Positions 29,017-38,320 of a stretch of 64,000 nucleotides of DNA are shown here, piece after piece. The stretch's first letter is position 1. Each line of letters opens with the position of its first letter. Under the pieces are notes generated by a model that was given only the letters and a program-made list of their open reading frames with translations, had not been told where the DNA came from and did no database searches. Source of the stretch: a virus (lineage: Duplodnaviria > Caudoviricetes); IMG/VR virus record IMGVR_UViG_3300035670_000189, positions 1,670-65,669 of that record. One strand, written 5' to 3'. Both the position numbers and the translations under genes were made by a program.

Positions 29017-29940
29017 ATGGCCACGGCACCTACTACCACTCCAACGACTACCTCGACGACGGCTGCAACTACCGGCGTTGGGCAGCAAACCGGCACCGAG
29101 TCATCCCTTTCCAACTGGGTTGGCCCGTACGTCACTGAGATGCTTGGCAAAGGTCAAGCGCTCTCCAACCAGCCTTACCAAGCCTACACCGGCCCCCTGA
29201 CAGCGGGTGCATCGGGTGCGCAAGAAGCAGCGTTCCAAGGTATCGCTGGTCTGACCATCCCGACTGAGCAGATGCAGGCGTTCACTCCTACGCAGTTCAC
29301 TGCCGAAGATGCACAGCGTCTGATGAACCCCTACCTGCAATCTGCGCTCGATCCGCAGATTGCCGAAGCTCAGCGCCAAGCCCAGATTCAAAATCTGGCC
29401 AACCGCACTGCACTGACCAAGGCGGGTGCCTTTGGTGGTGGTCGCGGCGCTCTGATGGAGTCCGAGAGCCAGCGTAATTTGCTGTCGAATCTGGCCAACA
29501 TCACCGGCACCGGCTACAAGACGGCCTACGATCAGGCCATGGCTCAGTTCAATCGTGAGCAGGAACAAGGCCAGCAGGCCACAACCGCTGCACAGAACTA
29601 CGGCCTCGCCGCCCTACAAAAGCAAGCCGAACTCGGCGGGCTTGAGCGCGGTATCGAGCAAGAAGGCATCGCCGCTGACATTGCACAGTTCAAGGAAGAA
29701 CGTGACTTCCCGTACAAGCAGGTGCAGTACCAGCAGTCGCTGCTCCAAGGTCTGCCTCTGGCAGCACAGTCCTACACGTACTCGCAACCCAGCGCCCTGT
29801 CGCAGATTCTGTCTCAGTCTGGTGGCCTCATGAGCCTCTATGACCAACTGTTTGGTGGTAGCGGCAACACGCCGACGAGCACTGCCAATGGTACGACCGC
29901 AGCGGGTACGAGTTCTTCTACTACCACGACCGGGGGTTAA
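29017..29940 (+). CDS. Putative DNA ejection/pilot protein
   Basis: Q/A-rich, with MNPY.Q and AGAFGG.R motifs seen in podophage ejection proteins. Confidence 0.65.
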   Translation: MATAPTTTPTTTSTTAATTGVGQQTGTESSLSNWVGPYVTEMLGKGQALSNQPYQAYTGPLTAGASGAQEAAFQGIAGLTIPTEQMQAFTPTQFTAEDAQRLMNPYLQSALDPQIAEAQRQAQIQNLANRTALTKAGAFGGGRGALMESESQRNLLSNLANITGTGYKTAYDQAMAQFNREQEQGQQATTAAQNYGLAALQKQAELGGLERGIEQEGIAADIAQFKEERDFPYKQVQYQQSLLQGLPLAAQSYTYSQPSALSQILSQSGGLMSLYDQLFGGSGNTPTSTANGTTAAGTSSSTTTTGG

Positions 29941-29943
29941 TCC

Positions 29944-31824
29944 ATGCAAGCACCTAACGCACAAGGACTTATGGGGCTTGCAGCCCAAGGTCGCGCACCG
30001 CAGGGCGCTCCGCAGCAACAACCGGCACCGAATCCGATGAAGGCCAGCCCGATGGCTGGTTTGGGTTCTGTGGAAGATCGCGTGGCCGCATACCGTGGCA
30101 ACCCTGCACCCCTGCAACAGCGTTACACCATGAGCCAAGACCTGCTCGACCTGCTTGCTCTCCAAAAGATCAAGTCCGAAAAGGAAGCTGCCGCTCGTGA
30201 CATGCAGTTGAAGATGTCACAGCAAGCTGCGGCACAGGGCGCAGAAACTCCGACGGTTGCCGCGCAGCGCGAGAAAGAGGTCATGGAGTTGACCAAGAAC
30301 GAACTCGCCCAACAGCGTGGCGAGACTGCCAATCAGCAAGTCGCACAGCAACAAGGCATGATGCAGAAGCTGATGGGTGGTATCGCTGCCGCCCCCGGCG
30401 CACAGGCCGCTGCCCAGCCGAAAATGATGGCCACTGGCGGCATCGTGGCGTTTGCTGAAGGTGGCTCCTCTGACAAAGAGGAGACCGATGAGGAAAAAGA
30501 GCGCAAGCAGCGCGAAGGTGATCGTGCCGCTATGGCCAACACCCTGCGCAAGCTCAAAGCCGCTGGCATGGACGTGCTGACACTTCCCGGGCGTGGTCTG
30601 GCAGGTGCGGCTGAGTCCGTTATCACTCGACCCTTGCGTGCCATGGGCGTGGATGTGCCGTACCTCCCCAAGGAGTTCTACGGTGGCGATGCCTCCAGCA
30701 TGACCCCCTACATGGACAAGCTGCGCCGTGAAGAAGCTGAGCAAGCTGCCCCGGCCCCCGTACAGGCTGGCACCCCACCCATGCCCGGTGCTGCTCCCGC
30801 TGCTCCGGCTTCGGCTGCTCCCGCTCCTGCTGCCCCGCGTCCTCCCGCTCCGGCTGGCTTGGCTGGTATGCCCGGTGCCCAAGGCGCTCCGTCTACCGCT
30901 GGCCGTCCCACTGCCCCCGGTGCTGCTCCCGCTGCCCCCGGCACTCCGTCGGATGGCCTTGGCTCTTTGCTTCGCACCGAAGCCGAGAAGTCCATGCAGA
31001 TCGACCCCGAGGCAGTCGAGCGCAAGCGCCGTGAAGAAATCACCAAGCTCATGGAGTTCCCAGAAGAGCGTGCACGCCGCCAGAAATACATCGAGGATCA
31101 GCGCCGCATGATGGGTGAGGAGTTCGACCCTGAGAAGCAGCGCCGTCGCCAGATGGCCGAAGCCCTGATGGGTGCCGGTGGTCGCCGTTATGGTGAGTTT
31201 GCTGGCGCAGCCAAGGCTGGTCTGTCCTACGAAGATGCACAGCGTGCTGCCAAGCGTGAGCGCCTGAAGGGTATCGAGGACTCCGAGCAGGGTCTGTTTG
31301 GCTTGCAGAAAGCTGCGGTCGAGAAGGGTATCGCTGGCGGTGAGAAGGGCTACGAGCAGTCGAGCATCCTCAAGCGTCAAGGTATGGAGACTGGCCGTGG
31401 TGTTTACGGCACCGACGTGCAGTCCCGCGACGCCGCGCTCAACCGTGAGATCGACCGGATGAAGGTCGCCGCAAGCAACGAAGCCAACCGTATCCAGCGT
31501 GAGGGTCTGAACCTCAGCCGTGCACAGACGCTGTACTCGACCACGATGAACCGACTACAACAGTTGGAGCGGAATCTGGACGAAGACTTCGCCGGGGCCA
31601 ACGGAATGTTGATCATGGCCGAGCAAAGTGGCAAGATTGACCCTGCACAAAAGAAGCAGCTTGATATTGCACGGCTTGAGTTGCAGCGCCAGAAAGCCCA
31701 GATTCGCAAAGAAATGGAGCCGGTGCTGGCACCGATCCGTAAGCAACTGGGCGCGTCGTCATCCGCTGGTATGTCAACACAAGATCAAGCACTGGTGGAC
31801 AAGTATCTGAACAAGGGCAAGTAA
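29944..31824 (+). CDS. Putative internal virion protein
   Basis: 626 aa with a Q/A-rich region, a P/A linker and MATGGIVAFAEGG. Confidence 0.65.
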   Translation: MQAPNAQGLMGLAAQGRAPQGAPQQQPAPNPMKASPMAGLGSVEDRVAAYRGNPAPLQQRYTMSQDLLDLLALQKIKSEKEAAARDMQLKMSQQAAAQGAETPTVAAQREKEVMELTKNELAQQRGETANQQVAQQQGMMQKLMGGIAAAPGAQAAAQPKMMATGGIVAFAEGGSSDKEETDEEKERKQREGDRAAMANTLRKLKAAGMDVLTLPGRGLAGAAESVITRPLRAMGVDVPYLPKEFYGGDASSMTPYMDKLRREEAEQAAPAPVQAGTPPMPGAAPAAPASAAPAPAAPRPPAPAGLAGMPGAQGAPSTAGRPTAPGAAPAAPGTPSDGLGSLLRTEAEKSMQIDPEAVERKRREEITKLMEFPEERARRQKYIEDQRRMMGEEFDPEKQRRRQMAEALMGAGGRRYGEFAGAAKAGLSYEDAQRAAKRERLKGIEDSEQGLFGLQKAAVEKGIAGGEKGYEQSSILKRQGMETGRGVYGTDVQSRDAALNREIDRMKVAASNEANRIQREGLNLSRAQTLYSTTMNRLQQLERNLDEDFAGANGMLIMAEQSGKIDPAQKKQLDIARLELQRQKAQIRKEMEPVLAPIRKQLGASSSAGMSTQDQALVDKYLNKGK

Positions 31825-31825
31825 C

Positions 31826-34800
31826 ATGACTCTCCAAGAAGTGCTGACCGCGCTACGCAACGCAGACGCAGCCGGTGATGTCGAAGCAGCGAGACGGTTG
31901 GCACAGATTGCGGAGTCAATGCAGTCACAGGCCAGCCAGTACGACGTCCAGACACAGGATATCGACCGCCGCTTAGCCGAGCTACGCGCTCAAAAGATCA
32001 AGCCGGAAACGACGTTTGGCGGCGAAGTCAAGGAAGCGTTCAAGGGCGTGGTGCCCGGTGCCATTGGCCTGCTTGAAACAGCAGGAACTGGTATCAGCGC
32101 ACTGCTGCCTGACGAGACTGAGAAGTCCGCACGCGAGAAGATCAAAGAGATCGCCGGTATCGCCAAGAAGCCGTTTGAAGCGGCTGAAGGCTACGAGGAT
32201 TCTGTCGGTCGCCGACTCGGTGAAGGTCTGGGTTCGACCCTGCCGTTCTTTGCCGCTGGCCCACTGGGTCTGGCCGGGCGCGTCGGTGCCGCTGGTCTGG
32301 GTGTGTCTGCTGGTGCAGGCGAAGCCCGGCAGCGTGCCGAAGCCGAAGGAGCCACAGGCGAAGCCCGTGCAACCGCAACCCTGATGGGCGCACCTACTGG
32401 CCTGCTCGACTTGCTGGCCCCCAACATCGGCCCACTCAAGAACATCATCACCACGGCATTGGCCCGTGGCGGTATCGAAGGCGCAACCGAAGCTGCCCAG
32501 CAAGTTGCCCAGAACCTGATTGCCAAGGGCTTGTACAAGCCTGAGCAGGCAGTCGTCGAGGGCGCAGGCGAAGAAGGTGCGTACGGTGCTGGTGTCGGTG
32601 CCATTGCCAGTGTGATTCTGGACTTGACCCTTGGACGCAAGGCACGTGGCCGAGCCACCCCGGGTGAAACAGAGGATACCCGTACTGAGGGTACCCCTCC
32701 GGCGGGGCCGACGGCTGAGCGCCCACAGGGTGAGTTGTTCCCCAGTGAATTGGAAACCGCGCAGCGCGAGCTTGAGTCCGTCATGGGGCCGACAAAGCCC
32801 GTGGCCGAGGAGCCTGCACCTGCCGAGCGTACCGCTGCCGAAGCTGGCCAGATGTCCTTGTTCGAGGGCGAAGCTGGCCCGAGCGAACTCGAAACCACGC
32901 AGCCTGATCTGTTTGGTGAGATCGTGCCCACACGGGAAGAAGCTACCACGGAAGCCGTCAAAGAACCGACAGCCGAACGTGACACGCAAACCCGGGACAT
33001 GATCGACGAGTTGGAAACGGCCCAGATCGAAGAACTCGAAGCTGAGGAGCAATCGGCCCGGCTGCGCAAGGAACTCGAAACCCAAAAGGCCGAGGCCAAG
33101 CAAGAACGACTCAAGATGGAGTCGGACATCGCCGAACTGGATGGGCGCATCAAGGCCAAGGAGCAAAAGACAACTGAGGACAAGCGCCTCGGTTTGCTGC
33201 TGCCAATCATCGAGTCCGAAGTCAAGAACATCCCCAAGGCGTTCGTGCAGTCCCTCAAGCGTGAGGGGTTCACCAATGCCAACCTGACCGACCGTGAGCG
33301 TCAACTGATCAACCGTGCGTATGACGTGCGGCTGGCAGAAGAACCGGTGCCGGTGGAAGAACCCACGATTGCACAGCCCAAGGGCCAAGTTGAGGCGCTG
33401 GAAGCGCAGGTGCCTGAGAAGAAGGCACGGCGTGAGCCTGAGCAGATGAGTTTTCCCGGCATGGGCAAACCCAAGGGTGCCAAAGCCGAGCCTGTTGTTG
33501 AGGAAGAAGTTGCGGTCGAGGAGAAGCCGTTTGCCACGGTGCTGTCTGCCGACGTGCTGGCACAGACGGGCCTGCCCAAGCAGTCTGGTTTCTACAAGCA
33601 ACTGATCGACATGGATATGGCCGACCCGGCGCAGCAGCCAGTGGTGGCCAACATCTTTGCCAAGGTGCGCACGAACCCCAACGTCAAGCCTGCAACCAAA
33701 GATGCCATCGAGAACATGGCGATGCAAGCATTTGGCGGGCTGGCCAAGCAACAGGAACTGTTCCCCACGAAGGGTGCAAAACCTGCCAAAGCAAAGAAGG
33801 AGGCACCGAGTGAAAAGTCAGGAACTGACGCAGAGCCAACTGGAACTCGCGCTGGTGATCGTGAACCAAGCGTATCAAAACCAGCAGCCGCTGAGCGCCC
33901 TGCTGCTCCCAAGCGAACTGAGGCACCTAAGCCCAGTGGACTGGGAGATACTGGACAACCTGTACGTGACGCTGGAAAGCGAGAAAGCGTGGAGCCGGGT
34001 GCACTGAAGAAGGAAGCACCGAAAGCGGAAGCCAAGGCTGAGCCCAAAGCCGAAGCCAAGGCTGAAGCTAAGCCTACTCGCACCAAGGAAACATCGCAGG
34101 GTAAAGGACTCCCACTTGGGGACAACGCATACCAAGCTGCCAAAGAGGCTGGTGAAGTTGACCACGCCATCCGAACTCTTGCCGCTGATGCGTACCTGAA
34201 CACTGCTGAGGATTACAGCGTCAAGAAGGCACAGCAGATGATTGCTGCGCTGGAAGAAGGCAACGTGCCTGAACTGAAGTTCGGCACCAACAACTCCAAC
34301 GGCCCGGGCACAGGCGGCAAGTTTGCCAAGGAGTTCTACGCCTCGCTGGACAAGGACGAGCAAGCTAAATTCCGCAAGGAGTTGCAAGACTTCCTGTATT
34401 CGGAGATCAAGTCCAAAAACTTCATGGACGCACATAACCGTCAGCAGGCTGCTACCCGTGAGGAAGCCGCCGCGTACGACGAGAACTCTCCGCTGTACAA
34501 AGACATCAAGGGTGCAGCCACAGCGTTGCACCCCATGGTCGTGCGCATGCTCAAGGACAACAACCTCGTGGGAGCCCTGCGCTTCATCGGGCAGCAGCAA
34601 CTTGGCCGTGCGTCTACCGTGGCGTCTCAACTGGCCGACGTGCTCGGCGGGGTCAACGTCGAAATCTCTGACTTCAGCAAGCCGAGTGGCAAGTACGAGA
34701 AGCTGCTCAAGCAGTACCCGGAAGCCGCTGGTTCGTCTGGCGCGTACATCACCACCAAGGGTGGCGAGCGCACGATCTTGTTGGACTCCAAGACGGGCAT

Positions 34801-37800
34801 GGACGTGTGGTCACTCTTGCACGAGGCCACCCACGGTGCAGTCAACCAGACCCTGAACAACACCAACAGCCCCCTGACCAAACAACTCACGCAGTTGTTC
34901 AACGACGTGAAGGACTCGCTCGATACCGCCTACGGTGCCAGCGATGTCAAGGAGTTCGCCGCCGAAGCCTTCAGCAATCCAGCCTTCCAACAGAAGCTGG
35001 CCGCGATCAACCCCAAGGGGGAGAAGATCACTGCATGGCAACGCTTTGTGCACGCGGTCAAGAACTACCTGCGCAACATGATCGGCCTGCCGACCAAGGG
35101 TATGGGCACCGCGCTGGATTCTGCCGACCACATGATCGAGGCTATCGTCAACGGTCACCCCGGCACCAGCAACTCCCTGCAAACTGTGTCCCTGCTCAAC
35201 AAGGGCGCAGAGTTCTTCACCGCCATGGGCAAACGTGCTGAGTCACTGCCCGGCCTGAACGCCGAGCGTGTTGGTCGCATCCATGAGATGTTCAGCGGCA
35301 CCCTGCCGAATACCGTGAAGAACGTGATTCGCCAAGCCCTGCCCCTGAACGCCCTCGTCGAGGTGGCGCAGAAGTACATCCCCATGGCCCCCAAGCTGGA
35401 CGTGATGGTGGGTGAGCGTGCTGGCGCAGAGAACCGCCGCAACCAAGCGATTGAGCCGGTCATTGACCGCGTGAACGCATGGGCTAAGGCCAACCCCGCG
35501 CTGGTGGACAAGCTCAACAACGTCATCTACCGCAGCACGCTCGACCAAGTTGACCCCGGCAAGCCTCGTGCAGAGTACGCAGGCAAGATGGACGACAGCG
35601 GCAACCGCAAGGACGAGGCATGGGATGCCATGCAAGCTGACTGGAAAGCCCTCGGTGCATCCGGCCAGACGACCTACAAGCTGATGCGCGATACGTACAA
35701 GAAGATGTACGACGATGTTCGCCGTGTGCTGGACACCCGCATTGACGACGCACTGGAGGATGCCGACACCCGCAAGAAGGTGAAGGCTGAAATCTACCAG
35801 CGTCTGTTTGCATCCGGCCACATCGAGCCGTACTTCCCCCTGACCCGTAGCGGTAAGTACTGGCTGTCCTACACGTTGGGCAACGAGTTCTTCGTTGAAG
35901 CGTTTGAGACCAACTACCAGCGTGACCAAGCTGTAAAAGAACTTAGGACAGAAGGTGCTACCGACGTGCAGCGGTTCGCCAATCTGAATCAGGTCAACTA
36001 CCGCAAGGCACCGGCCACATCCTTCGTGAACAACGTGCTGCGCACGCTCGAAGCCAACAAGGTCAACGCCAACGTGACTGAAGAAGTTATGCGGTTGTTC
36101 CTCAACACCCTGCCCGAGACATCGTTCGCACAGTCGTTCCGCAAGCGTAAAGGCACGCTGGGTTTCCAACGTGACGCTGTGGGCGCACTGCGCATGAAGG
36201 CGTTTAACCTGTCTCGCCAACTCTCCAACATGGAGTACGGTGCCAAGCTGGAAAAGCTACGCGCCGACATGAAAGAGTACGTGCGCAGCCAAGGCAACCC
36301 GGATGAGGCAGTGGAGATGATGAACGAGCTTGACGCTCGTATCGACTACGCCATCAGCCCACAGGTTCCCCAGTGGTCAAAGCTGGCCACGTCGTTCGGC
36401 TTCAACATGACACTGGGTTTCAACGTGTCCTCCGCACTGGTGAACTTGTCCCAGATTCCGCTGGTCGTGATGCCTTACCTTGGTGGTAAGTACGGCTACT
36501 CTGAGACGAGCAAGGCACTCGGTCGCGCCTCCCGCTACTTCGCTGGCTCGGGATTCAAGCGTGAAGTTGAGATGCTGGTGCCCACCGATAAGGGCGAGAA
36601 GACGATGAAGGTGCGTGCCTTCCCGTCGCTGGACAACTACGACTTCGATGCCAAGGATGCACCAAAACATCTGAAGGTGTTGTCTGAAGTTGCTGGCGCT
36701 CGCGGGCAGCTTAACCGCTCACAGGTGTACGACATTCTGGACGTGGATGAGAGCCAGAGCGTGATGACCAAGATCAACGCAGCTTCCGGTTTCGTGTTCC
36801 ACCACGGTGAACGCATGAACCGCCAAGTCGCCATGATCGCCGCGTACGAGTTGGAGCTTCAGCGACTGGTGGGTGCAGGTAAAGACCTTACCAGTGCATC
36901 CGAGAAACAGATGCGCCAAGCCGCCGACTACGCTGTGTACGTGACCGAATTGACCAACGGTGGCACCGCTGCCGCCGCTGCGCCGCGTCTTGCGCAAAGC
37001 GCGATCGGCAAGGTTGTGTTCATGTACAAACGCTATGGCGCGTCGATGTACTACATGCTGTTCAAGACGGCACGTGAGGCGCTGAAGTCTGCTGATCCAG
37101 AAGTTCGCAAAGCCGCCAAGCGCCAGATCGCTGGTATCTACGCATCGTCCGCACTGATGGCTGGCGTGCAGGGTATCCCGATGTTCGGTATGGCCGCGAT
37201 GATCTACAACCTGATCTTCAAAGACGATGACGACGATGACTTCGACACCGCCGCACGCAAGTATCTGGGTGAAGGCATTTATAGCGGTGCACTCAACGCA
37301 CTGACTGGGCTCGAAATCTCTGGCCGTATCGGTCTGTCCGACCTGCTGTTCCGTGACACCAACACCCGCCCAAGCGACAGCGTGATGCTCAGCTTGATGG
37401 AAGTTGCTGGTGGCCCAGTGATCGGTGTGGCAAGCCGAGTCGAGCGTGGACTGAAGCTGATTGGTGAAGGTCACATCGAGCGTGGTGTGGAGCAGATTCT
37501 GCCCAGCGCCATTGGCAACGGACTCAAGGCGGTGCGGTTTGCAACGGAGGGTGCCAACACCCTGCGCGGTGACCCGATCGCCGGAGAGATCGGCCCGTGG
37601 AACTCCTTTGCTCAGTTCTTCGGGTTCGCACCCGCCGAGTACACCCGCCAGCTTGAGATCAACTCTGCGCTCAAGAACATCGAGCGCACCGCGCTGGAAG
37701 ATCGCACCAAGTTGTTGCGTAACTACTATGTGGCCATGCGCATGGGCGACACACAGGAAGCGGCAAACATTGCCGCCGAGATGCTGAAGTACAACCGCAA

Positions 37801-37969
37801 GCACCCCGGTGCCGCGATCACGGCAGACACTGTGAAGAAGTCCATGGCGCAACACATGAAAACAACCAAGGACATGTACCACGGCATCACGCTGAGCAAG
37901 TCCCTGCGTCCACAACTCCTGATGAACGCCGCCGAATACGACGACGGTATCAAGCTGATCGAGGAATAA
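31826..37969 (+). CDS. Large polyvalent-type internal virion protein with zincin-like metallopeptidase and PLxRFG-like region
   Basis: 2047 aa; LLHEATH...EFAAEAFSNP.FQ (HExxH) and PYFPLTRSGKYW. Last gene of the + arm. Confidence 0.72.
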   Translation: MTLQEVLTALRNADAAGDVEAARRLAQIAESMQSQASQYDVQTQDIDRRLAELRAQKIKPETTFGGEVKEAFKGVVPGAIGLLETAGTGISALLPDETEKSAREKIKEIAGIAKKPFEAAEGYEDSVGRRLGEGLGSTLPFFAAGPLGLAGRVGAAGLGVSAGAGEARQRAEAEGATGEARATATLMGAPTGLLDLLAPNIGPLKNIITTALARGGIEGATEAAQQVAQNLIAKGLYKPEQAVVEGAGEEGAYGAGVGAIASVILDLTLGRKARGRATPGETEDTRTEGTPPAGPTAERPQGELFPSELETAQRELESVMGPTKPVAEEPAPAERTAAEAGQMSLFEGEAGPSELETTQPDLFGEIVPTREEATTEAVKEPTAERDTQTRDMIDELETAQIEELEAEEQSARLRKELETQKAEAKQERLKMESDIAELDGRIKAKEQKTTEDKRLGLLLPIIESEVKNIPKAFVQSLKREGFTNANLTDRERQLINRAYDVRLAEEPVPVEEPTIAQPKGQVEALEAQVPEKKARREPEQMSFPGMGKPKGAKAEPVVEEEVAVEEKPFATVLSADVLAQTGLPKQSGFYKQLIDMDMADPAQQPVVANIFAKVRTNPNVKPATKDAIENMAMQAFGGLAKQQELFPTKGAKPAKAKKEAPSEKSGTDAEPTGTRAGDREPSVSKPAAAERPAAPKRTEAPKPSGLGDTGQPVRDAGKRESVEPGALKKEAPKAEAKAEPKAEAKAEAKPTRTKETSQGKGLPLGDNAYQAAKEAGEVDHAIRTLAADAYLNTAEDYSVKKAQQMIAALEEGNVPELKFGTNNSNGPGTGGKFAKEFYASLDKDEQAKFRKELQDFLYSEIKSKNFMDAHNRQQAATREEAAAYDENSPLYKDIKGAATALHPMVVRMLKDNNLVGALRFIGQQQLGRASTVASQLADVLGGVNVEISDFSKPSGKYEKLLKQYPEAAGSSGAYITTKGGERTILLDSKTGMDVWSLLHEATHGAVNQTLNNTNSPLTKQLTQLFNDVKDSLDTAYGASDVKEFAAEAFSNPAFQQKLAAINPKGEKITAWQRFVHAVKNYLRNMIGLPTKGMGTALDSADHMIEAIVNGHPGTSNSLQTVSLLNKGAEFFTAMGKRAESLPGLNAERVGRIHEMFSGTLPNTVKNVIRQALPLNALVEVAQKYIPMAPKLDVMVGERAGAENRRNQAIEPVIDRVNAWAKANPALVDKLNNVIYRSTLDQVDPGKPRAEYAGKMDDSGNRKDEAWDAMQADWKALGASGQTTYKLMRDTYKKMYDDVRRVLDTRIDDALEDADTRKKVKAEIYQRLFASGHIEPYFPLTRSGKYWLSYTLGNEFFVEAFETNYQRDQAVKELRTEGATDVQRFANLNQVNYRKAPATSFVNNVLRTLEANKVNANVTEEVMRLFLNTLPETSFAQSFRKRKGTLGFQRDAVGALRMKAFNLSRQLSNMEYGAKLEKLRADMKEYVRSQGNPDEAVEMMNELDARIDYAISPQVPQWSKLATSFGFNMTLGFNVSSALVNLSQIPLVVMPYLGGKYGYSETSKALGRASRYFAGSGFKREVEMLVPTDKGEKTMKVRAFPSLDNYDFDAKDAPKHLKVLSEVAGARGQLNRSQVYDILDVDESQSVMTKINAASGFVFHHGERMNRQVAMIAAYELELQRLVGAGKDLTSASEKQMRQAADYAVYVTELTNGGTAAAAAPRLAQSAIGKVVFMYKRYGASMYYMLFKTAREALKSADPEVRKAAKRQIAGIYASSALMAGVQGIPMFGMAAMIYNLIFKDDDDDDFDTAARKYLGEGIYSGALNALTGLEISGRIGLSDLLFRDTNTRPSDSVMLSLMEVAGGPVIGVASRVERGLKLIGEGHIERGVEQILPSAIGNGLKAVRFATEGANTLRGDPIAGEIGPWNSFAQFFGFAPAEYTRQLEINSALKNIERTALEDRTKLLRNYYVAMRMGDTQEAANIAAEMLKYNRKHPGAAITADTVKKSMAQHMKTTKDMYHGITLSKSLRPQLLMNAAEYDDGIKLIEE
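33810..34007 (+). CDS. Candidate overprinted small protein (65 aa) in an alternative frame
   Basis: AAGGAGG (33797-33803) lies 6 nt before GTG 33810. Product is L/Q/E-rich and helical-looking. Confidence 0.5.
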   Translation: MKSQELTQSQLELALVIVNQAYQNQQPLSALLLPSELRHLSPVDWEILDNLYVTLESEKAWSRVH

Positions 37970-37998
37970 AAAATCCCCCGGGGGTTAGCCGGGGGATT
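37968..37998 (-). terminator. Terminator at the convergence of the two genome arms
   Basis: AATCCCCCGG-N7-CCGGGGGATT with an A6 tract on the left (U tract on the - strand). Confidence 0.85.
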
Positions 37999-38056
37999 CC
38001 CACTTTTCACTAGGAGAGACGAGATAGCGGTGGAGAAGCCGCTGGGGTGGATACTA

Positions 38057-38320
38057 TCACAGGACGCGCCAAACGCGAACCCCCCACCTGCCGCCCTCAA
38101 TCGCTGTGCGAATGTCCAGCGTCCAGTCGTAGAAGGTGCCGATCTCGTAAATCTGACGCACGCACTCCAGTGTGTTCACGCACGGTACAAAGATAGATGA
38201 CCCCGGGACAAACTTGTCCCACGCAACCCGGATGGGAACTCCATCCGGTGCGAGGTCGCCCATCTTAATTCTGTGCTTGAAAGAGAGCGGCGGTAGTCGC
38301 CATAGTTTGCTCAGCTTCAT
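38057..38320 (-). CDS. Hypothetical protein
   Basis: W..F..G.S.FVPC.N...GVRVWR. Overlaps the primase 3' end; start is 38320 or 38263. Confidence 0.65.
   Translation of the reverse strand: MKLSKLWRLPPLSFKHRIKMGDLAPDGVPIRVAWDKFVPGSSIFVPCVNTLECVRQIYEIGTFYDWTLDIRTAIEGGRWGVRVWRVL

Noticed and set aside
1073-37915. Many long antisense ORFs (e.g. 2315-3241, 6232-7122, 23128-24780, 31982-33751, 36719-37915; also 42964-44403 on +)
   Set aside because: They mirror real genes on the opposite strand. GC3-rich codon bias suppresses antisense stops, and they show no RBS or recognisable motifs.
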